In this document: piece by piece, positions 25,801-37,100 of the stretch | Position numbering within the stretch: position 1 is the stretch's first letter | How the letters are laid out: each line of letters starts with the position of its first letter | From: Tubiluchus corallicola | Lineage: Eukaryota > Animalia > Priapulida | Direction: 5' to 3' | Length of the DNA stretch: 64,000 nucleotides | Assembly (NCBI GenBank): GCA_030141605.1 | Contig: JAQGDQ010000362.1 | Location: 124,001 to 188,000, forward strand | Translations under genes and position numbers: made by a program | Notes under the pieces: generated by a model | What the model saw: only the letters and a program-made list of their open reading frames with translations | Database searches by the model: none | What the model was told of the DNA's origin: nothing

Positions 25801-27427
25801 TTGGTTATTTTCGGGCAAAAAAAGAGGAAAAAATTTAGTGCAGCGCATCCTATTCTACGTCTCATTGCGAATCCAATGGTATATGGCAGGCTTCTGTAGG
25901 ACTTATATCTCCCGTTCACAGAGCGTTTAAAGGAAACCATGTTCGTTTTTCCCTAATGGGCAATATATCAAGTATTATACGGACAATTGCATGTTCGACG
26001 CCCTGTAGGCAGCGGTTCAGTGTTCGACAAAACGGAGCAGGGTATCTATAGCCAAGGCATAGTACCTTACTTTCTTTTTTTCGTTTGGCTAGTTGGCGCT
26101 TTTTGTAGGAGTAATGGCTTATCAAATTGTACATATTTTGACGACTTTCGCGTCATAACTCAGGCGGGTCATAGGGTCACGACGAGAAATTGTAACCTAG
26201 GGTGGCCCCGTACCCTAGCTACAAGCACACCATACTTGGTCAAACAGTACTGTCTAGTTTTTAAGTTATTCCAAAAAGATGCATATCTTGGAAACTAAAC
26301 ATCGCATAACAGCAGATCCTGAATGTCAAATTTTCGACCGGACTGAACATCATTTTTATTGCCGTTTTCTGGCTAAATGAAAATCGACTTGCGATTTTGG
26401 CGCAGCGCATCAGGTTTTTCGTTTCATTGCGAATTCAATGATATATGGCACGCCTCTGTAGGACTTATATCTTCTGTTCACAAAGCGTTTAAATGAAACA
26501 ATATCTATACCTAATGGTGACTTCCATATATATATATAGGTTAAGTCGTCAGTCTTTGTCCGCGAAAAGATGGATTGGCGAAAAGATAGACTGGCGAAAA
26601 GGTGCACTGGCGAAAAGATGCACTGGCGAAAAGATACACTGGCGAAAAGATAGAAAAGTAAACGGATTACTTCAAAAAGTGCAAAAACTGATAGACTCGT
26701 TCGCAAAATTATCGGAATACTGATCTTGTACAAACTACAATTCTCTAAATTGTACCTAATCTACAGAAAATCAGACGTTTGAATGTCACAGATTAATTTA
26801 AAACCCAGATTTCTATTCAAGTTTAAAATCCATCAATATTTTTGTTGCAGTTTAATTTGAAAAAAACTCCGCTATAAAAAGTCAAAGAAAATCCGGAATG
26901 TACTAACCAAATATATAGGAACAGACAATATTGGAAAGGGGGAATAACATTCTGACATACGGCAAAAGGGCACAATATGGGGCAATGTGCTAAAAATCTG
27001 ACAATCTCTTATAGAGAGTGAATGAAATTCTCACATATGGCGAGAAGGATATGTGGGCCAAAAATGTTGAGAACTGCTGCCCTAAAAAGTAACATAAAGA
27101 AATTTGTCATTGGAAAATCGAAGAAAACGTAAAGATCTTACCAGTTTCTTTAAAAACGTGGTACGTCTTTATCGTTTCTTTCTTGTGATTTTTCTCTTCC
27201 ATTTCCAACTCGTCCAGCAGAGCATGGTACTGCTTTAGCATACTGTTTACGTCCGTAACACTCACATTGATTTCGCTACGTGCAGGTATGGCTGAATATC
27301 CTAAATTGTCCAAAATCTTTTGCTGGATTAGCGAGGTTTGATCGGTAACGTTGAAATTTGCAATAACATTTCGACAAAATCTAGCGAGAATAAACAGCTT
27401 CAGAAACACTGTCAATGTATTTAACAT
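19812..27427 (-). CDS. TGF-beta superfamily ligand, 9-cysteine type, Maverick-like, ~383 aa; exons 27427-27142 and 20677-19812
   Basis: Exon 1 encodes a signal peptide and the IQQKILDNLGY prodomain helix. Phase-1 intron ACTG|GTAAG ... TTTCAG|GT. Exon 2 has GWEFFDVTQAV, a KAKR site and the cystine knot C..CCR..GWNDWVFAP..YFCEGRCP..PCC..ECACS. The 1152 nt total is divisible by 3. The subfamily call rests on motif resemblance only. Confidence 0.92.
20816..21203. mobile_element. Possible Tc1/mariner-type MITE
   Basis: Left end acagggtggacacaaaaa and right end ttttatgtctacctgt are imperfect reverse complements. Confidence 0.3.
22060..22690. repeat. Interspersed repeat with internal repeated GCCATTTTGAA modules
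   Basis: Recurrent cagccattttgaa / cggccattttcaatgaccttgaaa / ggccattttgaa modules about 150 bp apart. Family not identified. Confidence 0.4.
24115..26652. repeat. Long imperfect inverted repeat (arms ~24115-24767 and ~26088-26652) with outer 15-bp tandem units
   Basis: Left arm (ttttcgccagt...)n versus right arm (actggcgaaaag...)n. Inner arm sequences align as reverse complements, e.g. gcatctttttggaataact / agttattccaaaaagatgc. A third partial copy lies at ~25860-25960. Confidence 0.85.
25277..25455 (+). repeat. Degenerate ~21-22 bp minisatellite (aacaggtaagtatcatcagc-like)
   Basis: Repeated taagtatcatc and caggtaagta units. Confidence 0.6.
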
Positions 27428-27465
27428 ATTGTGCAATTTTCAAGCTCTGATAGCCGTTATTGCAA

Positions 27466-27505
27466 GACTGTGTCATGGTTCGTAGGAACTGCAACATCTA
27501 TATAG
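27466..27505 (-). promoter_or_regulatory. Putative TATA + Inr core promoter of the TGF-beta gene
   Basis: Minus-strand TATATAGA from 27504 and ACAGTC ~33 nt downstream, about 40 nt before the ATG at 27427. Confidence 0.35.
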
Positions 27506-27749
27506 CTGCATAATTACTCTACGCGTTTAGTGCGGTTACGCTTCGTGTCTGCGCGAGAGTGTTGGCTTCTGGGCTTCACTAATTCATGTGTACGCTTTGT
27601 ATTTACCTATTGTTAAGCATCGTGTTACCCGATGAAGGTAGCTGCTATAAAAACGTATCCACTTTAAAGTGCGTACTGCAAAGTACAATAATTAGTGGCA
27701 TCCCAAATTACATTTAGGCACCTCAACCGTTATTATCTTTCGTTATAAG

Positions 27750-27802
27750 CATGATCATCATGATCATGATCATCATTATCCTTGTTGTTGTTGTTGTCGT
27801 CG

Positions 27803-27859
<57 letters not shown>

Positions 27860-27935
27860 TATCATCGCCATCATCATCAGCAGCATCCATATCGTTGTAA
27901 TCGTCGTTGCCGTCACCGTCATTATTATCGTCACA
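27750..27935. repeat. (GTT)/(GTC)/(ATC) compound trinucleotide microsatellite
   Basis: Direct inspection. Confidence 0.9.
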
Positions 27936-28628
27936 TTGTAATGGTTTGTTAGTCATTATTATTGTCAGTCTGCTTAACGTGCTTATTGCTAAAAATATTG
28001 TTTTTATTGTAACTAAAATATTGGGCATTTACGGGAACAATAGATGTATGTAACTACATATATTTTTTAAGGGACCAACTTAAAAAATAAATTCTTGCTC
28101 TCCTTATCACCGTCGTTCTGCACAAGTTAAAATTAATGAATTTTGGAGGCTTCGTTTCAGTAAATGATGAAAAGCATCGAAAGTTTAAACAGAAAATTTT
28201 GTCATTGCACAGGATCATGATAATTAGTTTGCAAAACGCTTGCAATTAAAATAGTTATATTGTTACATTTTATCAGGGCACTATAATGCTTGATTTCAAA
28301 ATCCAGTTATAAGCATAGAGCCAGCAACAAGAATAATGTAATTTGGGAGTAGTAAAATTATAATTTTCCTTTCCGACATTCCGATTAAACTAATTTTAGT
28401 CTAGCGGATCTGACGCACTTTTAAATTGATCAGTTACTGCGTTAACGCAGGGGATGCGTGGGAGGCAGTGGTAATTTGCCAACTGGGTATTATACTAACA
28501 CGTCATGCAAAACTATTCGTGATCTTGGTCGTTACCGTTTGAGAACGTTTTTTTTATTGTTTGCTATCTGTTTCCTTGTCTGCTCACTTGCCGTCTTGAT
28601 TCTCCCGACATCGTTTTTGTCACCATCT

Positions 28629-28666
28629 TCGTCGTCGTCGTCGTCGTCGTCGTCATCATCATCAAT

Positions 28667-28707
<41 letters not shown>

Positions 28708-28800
28708 TATAACATAATTATTATCACTGTTGTCATTGGCATTGTCATTGTCATTGTCATCGTCGTTGTCATTTCCCACACCACCACCACCATCATCAAG
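28629..28800. repeat. (GTC)/(ATC) compound microsatellite
   Basis: Direct inspection. Confidence 0.9.
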
Positions 28801-29768
28801 TTCTGTAAAAGTACTTACAAATGCTAAAAGCAGCATGAAAGGTGCTTCCCAAAAAATGTTTGCATTGTAAGGTCTGAAAGAGGACTTTACTAATCAAATT
28901 AGCGTTTTAGCATCAGAATGAAAATAACAAATATATTAATTACCCCTGTTTCGTGGAACATGTAAACGACAGGTATTTTAATAGGTTCACCCTTTGCTTA
29001 GTAACATCTGCTTTTAAGAAAAACAAATTGGAAAAGGAAAAATAAACCACTCTTGTAAAGCTATCCGTGAACATACAAACACCCATTAGAACCTTCATAA
29101 ATGATTAATTTAGCCTTTATTGTAGTCTGCTTCATCTATAACATTACTTTGCATTTGCAAAACTGCACAATGCTTTGTAGCTCCCAACAGTAGCATATTA
29201 AGAATATTTTCACACAGACTATATAATTTCGTTTAGTTCATTTATGTTTACGTGACATTTGTTAAGATTCAGTTTTCTGTTAGTTGCAGCGACTCTTTCG
29301 CACGTATTTGCATTGAAACGTTTATTTGATCTGTGTAACTTCGAAATTAATGAGACTGCATTTTAAATAAGCCACATTATGTAAATGTTAGTACACAGTA
29401 TAAGGACTTAAAAAAACTTTACATAACCGAAGAGAAAGAGGGAAAAGTCTTAAAGAAAAATCATAGGTAAATTACAAATAATGTGTTATATCACGTGTAG
29501 TAAAAAATATGAATTAAAACCACTGCACTTTTTCGTTAGCATGTTTAAAAGACAGCACAAAAACGACACCAAAGTTCAACTTATGCAATGGCAGATGTGC
29601 AAGCCATGTATTGAAGCGAGTATGCACAAACAAACGTTATACTATCAAGGGATTAAGTTCTGATGACTTTTAACAGCAAGCAAACTGACTGCTAACGCTC
29701 AACAGGATTAATTGCACCGGAAGTTGATTTAACATGTCAAGGTTTGTCTGTTCCCGTTAACTTACAAA

Positions 29769-32700
29769 ATGGCGAGGAAAACCTTGTTTGTTTTATTTGT
29801 GTTGTACTTGTACATGTTGTGCAACGTCAACACTTTAGATTTTAAAGGACTTAAAAACGGAATTTTGTCGTTGACAAATGAAGCAATAGATGCCGTTAGC
29901 AGTGTAATTGATTTGTTTAATGACGACTATGATACTAAAGAAAGCGAACAAATTGTAGAACGAAGGACAAGCGATCCATTTGAGGAAACAAAACGAAGTT
30001 TTCTTTTGCGACTTGCTGAATTAAATGGCCTTCAGTCGTGCGCCGAAAATAAGAAAAAGTCGGAATCTGTTGCAGATCTTGCCATTTCTGTTACATCGTC
30101 ATTAAGGAATGGATGGGATAACTTGATGCGTGATAAAATGTCAGGTAACAAAGGCTTTTGCCTGATGGGAAATATTTCTTTGAATTAAAAATAAACGAAC
30201 TGCAACTATACTTATTTCGAAAATGGATAAAACATCACAAAATCCCTTTTGGTCTTCATGATAACGCTTTCCTTCATAAACAGCGTTTTTATCGGTTGTC
30301 GTTCTTAGCAGTCAGAGATATTTGCAGAAATAAACTGGTAATGATTTTTTAATCTGTCATCCCAATATATGGGACACCTTATCTTGGTTTCATAACACAA
30401 TAAACTAAATATTGTGCCGCAAAATAACTGAAATGTATATGTTACAGGCACTGTGTAAAATTTAAACATAAAATTGTTTAAATATAGTACCTATACGTTT
30501 CGGGAATAGTATGAAATAAATGTTTTTGATGCGCAATTTTTTACACTTTACCTAGACATTTTACGTAATAGCTAGGATCTATGCAGGACGCGAACACTGG
30601 CCTTGACAAAGTATAAAATGAATATAATTCGTGTTAAATCCAACTTTTCCTAGACTTTTGCGCAATACCAAGGCATTGTATAGAATGCGTAAAACGTCTT
30701 AGTAAAAGTATTAAATTATGCAAGCAGTTTAAAATAATTAAGGAATGAATTGCACAATCGATGTATGCTCATTACAAAGTATTTTCAAGCAGTTCACTGG
30801 TGCTATAATTTTTATGATTGTTTTTTTTCTTAAAACAAACGATGTACCGTACATTGACAAATTCGTCATTCGTCATTTAGAAAAACAGTTTCATTGCTTT
30901 ATTTGCCTGTCTTTTTCTAATTCAATGTAAATCGTCCTTACATTTTAAGCACGGACTCGCTAGATGTTACTACCTCCATCCTGTATGAAACACAACTAGA
31001 ATGGAAATACTAATGTCATCGTAGAAGCTGTTTTTTGCAAAAAAAAAATTAGAATATGCGTCGCTGGGGCAGATCCAGTTGTACGTTGGAATGAAAGAAA
31101 CCCAACCATGTAACAATGTATAGGGCAGATCCATTTAATGAATGTGACTCATTTAATAGACATATTTGAGGGCCATATTGGGCCTTATCCATGGTATCTT
31201 CTTCAAAATTCCAGTTTCCTACAATGCAAACTGTGTCCTGTGATAGCTTTTAAAGATAAATATAATAACAACAACAGTAACATGACCAAGTTTTAGGATT
31301 CTGCACTTTGTACCGACCGTATCCAAAAACACAATACTCCTACAGTAGGCAGCAGCTTTGAATGAAACTATCATGCAACCTGAAAATTTTTTTGAAATGC
31401 AAATTACAAAAACTTGCAAGTACAGATAACATCACTTATTTCGTAGAACAAAATTGGTATACAAAATGCCTAAGAAATTTACATATAAAAAATTGCTATT
31501 TGTTTTACTTTCGCGTTACCTAAAATTTGTTCACCCTCTATAAAATGCTTAGGAACAGTATATCTGATACGGAAGAATTACATGCTTTGACTAATAAAAC
31601 TTTTGTATTTTAGTAATGCCTAGGAAAAGTGTAAAGGAAACTATTTTAGACACTTTTCCGGGTTTGTCTTGGCACTATATAAAAACTTAGATGATCGATA
31701 GCATACACTGTTTCACACTTTGCCTGTGACATTCTGAAGAAGGAGGTGTACGCATATAGATACGGTAAAATGCTTCTGCCGGGTTAGTGATTCATTTTTA
31801 AGCATCGCTTTGCCATAAGGAGAAAGTTCCAGTTCTGCAACAACCATTTACATTAAATTGGCTGTTGTTGAGTGCTGGATCTTGGCTTGTAGAGTGCCGG
31901 TTATACTGGTTATAAAAATATCTGAATACACTCATAGAAATATTGGTCTGTTATTCATGACTATATACTCAGCCCTTTTAAATACACACAATACTTTTAT
32001 TTGCACACACAGTTTTGTATTCTGACTTATAGATAATAGAAATATGACTCTTAATAATTACTATAACTTGTGGTTTTGAAACAGTTGGTGTTTTAAAAGA
32101 AAAAGCTGCAGAGTTATCTATGATTGCTGATGATGTATCCTCGGAGGTACAGGATTTGTTCAGAGAAATACGTAGAGGGATAAAGTCAGCATCTGTTTGC
32201 TACAAGAACTTTGGATGCTTCAGCAACTGCCCTCCGTTTGACAATTCATTTGGTTTTCTTCCCGAAAATCCTACAAAGACAAAGACGAAGTTTCTGTTGT
32301 ATACTCGGAAAAACAAAAACAGGGCATTGAGGATAAGATATGACAGGCAGAATACAGTAAACAGGACGAGATTTCGGGAATTGTTTAACCCTGAGCACGA
32401 TACAAAGGTTATCATACATGGATTCAAGGAAAGTCGACGTAAACCTTGGGTAAAAGATCTGACTCGAGAAATGTTGAGAAAGGTATTTTCTAAAATATCT
32501 AAATTTTCCATTTTCCAGAAAAAACTTATCCAAATTTAATAAGTTTAATCAAAACTGCTACAACCTTACAATCCCTAACCATATCTGCTTATTTGTACAT
32601 TACGCATAAGCGTAAAAACATCTATTAAATCGAACATTTTTATATTCCAACAGGAAAATGTCAACATTATTGTTGTTGACTGGTCCAAAGGAGCAAGAGG

Positions 32701-34164
32701 CAAGAATTATTTCCGTGCCGTGGCTAACACAAGACTAGTAGGAGCTGAAACTGCGTGGATCATGCAGCTCATTGATCTTTATGTAGGAGCCCAACCTTCC
32801 ACGTTTCACATAGTTGGCTTTAGTTTAGGAGCTCACGTCGCAGGAATAACAGGAGAATTGACACCAGGGTTGTCTCGTATTACAGGTAAGCCATTCAACT
32901 CTGCTATGTTGTTATGTTTGCTTCGTATACACTATATACTCTTTTTATTATTGGCAACGACGGTTAGTGGTGAAGGAAGACAATTAAAAATTTTCTGTTA
33001 ATGATTGCGAAGAGTCTTGAAGAAAAAGACTTACGAACAGCCGTTCTGCATTAGGAATGTCGAAGGTGAAATTACAAGAAATAGCTGAACAAATTGTCGG
33101 CGTTTAGGAACGAGTGAAGAAAGATCCGGAGAGTATTTTCTACAAAAACAGCAATACAAAATAATTAATATAGCAACTGAGAAAGAGAAAGATTACAGAT
33201 AAGACTTAGTAAGATCGACAATGCCTTATGCCAATTTGTCAACTGTGTTAAGTAGACAACAGATATTGTTGCAGGAGTTGATTTGGAACAATGTAATTGT
33301 TTTATAAACATACGCCTAGCGCAAGTAGTCTGGTATTTCCTGGTAATTTTTTACATATATCACGTTTTTTAAATTATGTTGTTAGTCCCTCGCTTTCGAT
33401 CGGACATTCAAGGGCTAAGGAACAAACATAGGAAAGAGCAATGTGTAATAATTTTATACGTAACTATTTTATTGAAATTCAACCATGCTATCATTAGTAG
33501 TATAGTCATAATCATTATCATCATTGTCGTTGTCATTATCGTCATCAACAGAATCATCATGACCGTCGTTAACATCATTGTTATTGTTATTTTATCGCTG
33601 TAACACAAGTTTTTGTTTTGCAATGATATATTGTGTTTAGGTTTGGATCCAGCTGGACCATTATTTGAAGAAGAGGCACCAGGCGTACGGTTGGACGCTG
33701 GTGATGCCCAACTTGTTGAAATTTTGCATTTTAACGGTGGAAACATGTTTCTTGGTTTTCTAGGTAATTATTCACTTTTCCCCAATCTTTTACTGAGGTA
33801 AACATAAGATTTTTTGCTGACTTGCTTGCTTGCTGACGATGTTTTTCCACAGTCAATAAACGTAATTTATTTTTCAGGTGTTCAGGCCCAACAAGGAGAT
33901 GTAGATTTTTACATAAATGGAGGCAGCGTACAGCCTGGATGCAAGCCACCAACCGAAGAAGCAATCACGGCTTTTGCAACTGGGAAGTGTACGAAGGCAT
34001 TAAATTGATTAATTTTGAGTTCATAGATGAAATGCCTTTCATGTTTTGACCAACTAATATATTCGTTGTTTACCAAATGATTGCCACTGCTTCCGCTCTG
34101 TTCAGTGACATTGTAATAACATAATAATTTTGATTGTTATTATTGTCGTTGTTGTTGTTGTTGC

Positions 34165-34198
<34 letters not shown>

Positions 34199-37100
34199 GC
34201 TGCTGCTGCTGTTGTTGTTATCGTTAATTATGCGTGGCGTTATCTTCCCATCAAAAGGGTTCTGTATATTTTCTTGCACCCTGAACTTTAGGTTCACCTA
34301 ATTTTATAGGTCTTTCATAAAATAGTGTCCAATGATCAGTTATTTCTGTATGTGAAGATCTGTAGGAACTCATTTGAATCGTATAATAGCTCTACATACA
34401 TTATAACTGGTTTTTACATTTACATGTCTAGTTTTCTCTATAAAACTGATGTATTTGCTTACAGCTTTGAGTTGGACTGGCGATCTAACAGACTTCATGT
34501 CTTCAAGCTTGATATCAAGGATACGACATAATTAAGACCCTCTTTTCTAAGACCTATAGTTAATCTCACATTTAGGTTGCTTTGTATTAGTTACTCATAA
34601 TTTGTTTTCTCTGGTTTTTATTCTCACAAACTTTCACCACAGACATTGGAAGTCTTTAGTTAAAAAAATATAAAATAAATAAATTTACCAAGCAATATCA
34701 AATGAAGTATTCAATGACACAACTTCGCTTTTTGTAAAATGTTTTCTTCTTCCCGTTACGTTTGCAAGTAATATTATTTATATGCCCCCATTCACAGTAC
34801 TTTCTAGTTTCTTGTTAAACAGAGTTGATAGAGTTAGCCGTCCTTTACGTATCATCAATTATTTGCTGTTAGTAGTACTGATTACGGCACTTTTTGTTCC
34901 AGTGTTTTATTTAAAAAGTTTCACCATCTACATAATTTGTTCGTACATAAATTGGCATTTCCATTGGTTTTTCTGTGACTGCCATTTTTTGCGTACATCG
35001 TGTTTGTGTGACTTGCTGACATATCGCTCTTTCTTCAAATACACGCAACACACGATCTTTAAGTACATTTGAGTTAGGTGTACTTGAAGCTTTGAACAGG
35101 AATTTGATTACTATGCGCATATGTTTCTAGTTTATCCCTAGCAGAGTGACATTAGGTCCTGTGACGGTTTTCGTAAAATTGAATGCTAAATCATGAAAAG
35201 TATTGCGTGATCTCCATACAACCGACACATACATCACATAATTACGGGCTGCTTTGGCATTTTTATTCTTACGAAGAATGCCTAGAGTTACGCGGTATTT
35301 ATCAAGCTCCTAAACTTACGAACTTTTGTAAAATATTTCTTAAAGCTTAGAACACTTTATAAACACCGTAACGCCAAGAACTTTCTTATGAGCTAATAAG
35401 CTTTTGTGAAAGATCATTCTTACGAATATTTTTCCTAACTAAATAATAAATCGAACCCGATGCCTTCTTTTTAAACTGGAAGCAATTTCCCGATAACTCC
35501 TTTATTATAAGGCTATCAAAAATATCTATTAAAAGCTGACAACAGTGATAATTTATTTGTCTAGCATGTGATGAATATATTTAGCCCTGTTTAAACCTGA
35601 ATAATATGTGCATTTGTGGCTCAATAAATAATGTTTAAAAATGTAGATGAAAGTGGTAACACCATTTGTACAATTGTGTGGTATTCAATTTCTGATCAGT
35701 TGCCTTACAGTTTACTAGTCATCTGCATATTTAAATCATAGTTACATTCGTTTTTTCTAGTTGACGAAATTTTTGACCGAGCAAGTTGCAGTCATGAGCG
35801 TAGCCACGATTTCTTTGTCGAACTCGTTAAAAATAGGCAAAACGGATGCAAATTCGCTGCTTTTTTATGCCAGAGTTACAATTCATTCATATCTGGCGAT
35901 TGCTTATCAGCGCAGAAAATGATTCCTATGCAAAGAGTAGAAACCAGAGTACGTGGAACTGCATACATGGAAACATCGTCAGCGAAGCCTTACTGCTTGC
36001 ACATGAACAAAATTTCACTTGCTTTCCAGAAGGGGTCACCACTGCCTGATGGAGTGATTCGAATCACATTCAGACATGTTAACATTAGTGTCGTACTCCG
36101 GCATCGAATGTAATTTTGGTTTGCCTCTTTTCTGTTTTTGTTTCATGGATTGTTTCAGTTTACCTTTTATTTTTTTAGTTTCCACTTTATACCAATCTAA
36201 CATTCATTGCCATTTCGCGTTTGTTCATAATTATTGCTTTTATGATTTCTAAAACCTCCAAATGGCTCATAATTCACAGACTTTTTAAATATACTGCTAT
36301 CACAGGCTTTTCAGGTACACCACCATCCGGAATTTGTCACTTAAGGACAGGTTATATTATACTTGTCATTTAGATGGGCAGAAATGTCTTTATGCAGATG
36401 TGTATGTAAATAAATAAGCTTTCCCTTCCATAAGAGAAATAGCCGAACACAGCTTAGCAGATGACACCGGCCATGCAGAAGCAGTTTTCTCAATGATTCC
36501 TCATCCATTTACTAGCCATGCTAGGGCACTGCTTAACTAGCGCTGTCAAACACTCAGCACAAATGTTTAATTGTTACTTCAAAAGAAACTTCTACTAAAT
36601 TGTTTGGATATCCATAGACAAGTTATTTTGTTTTTAAATGAAAAATAGCCAAAGAAAAGTAACAATCACGCTTGTATGTCTCGCACGAAAAAGGGATGCT
36701 CAAAACTGATAAGGTCTAGCTTGCTTCTAGCAGGCCATTTTACGCTGTGCTTAAGTTACAATGGCATAATTCTACTTGAATATGCAGTACATCTATAACA
36801 TCTGAATGAAGCTGAACTGGTGACTCTTCAACTTCTTAGCTTGGTGACTGTCAGTTTTGTCATGTATATTCAAAGTCAATAATGGGCCTAGTAGATGTTT
36901 ACCTTATTTCAGTACTGGAAGATCTCATGACAGAAGTACTGCGACAGGCCTCACAATGCAGAAGCTATTCAACACCCCAACTAGTCTTGATGGCCGGGTA
37001 GAGCTGATATATAATGCCAGGAGTTCTGTGCGTAGACATAAACGTCTTGTACTAGAACATTTCTATATAAAAGACGGATCTACTCAGTCACGGTAATTAT

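Noticed and set aside
27723-28836. Poly-T/S/M/D ORFs
   Set aside because: Translations of trinucleotide microsatellites.
34464-34535. Possible extra lid exon for lipase A (SLSWTGDLTDFMSS...)
   Set aside because: It has an acceptor but no suitable in-phase GT donor before the stop. Direct splicing gives a 24-aa lid matching lipase B.
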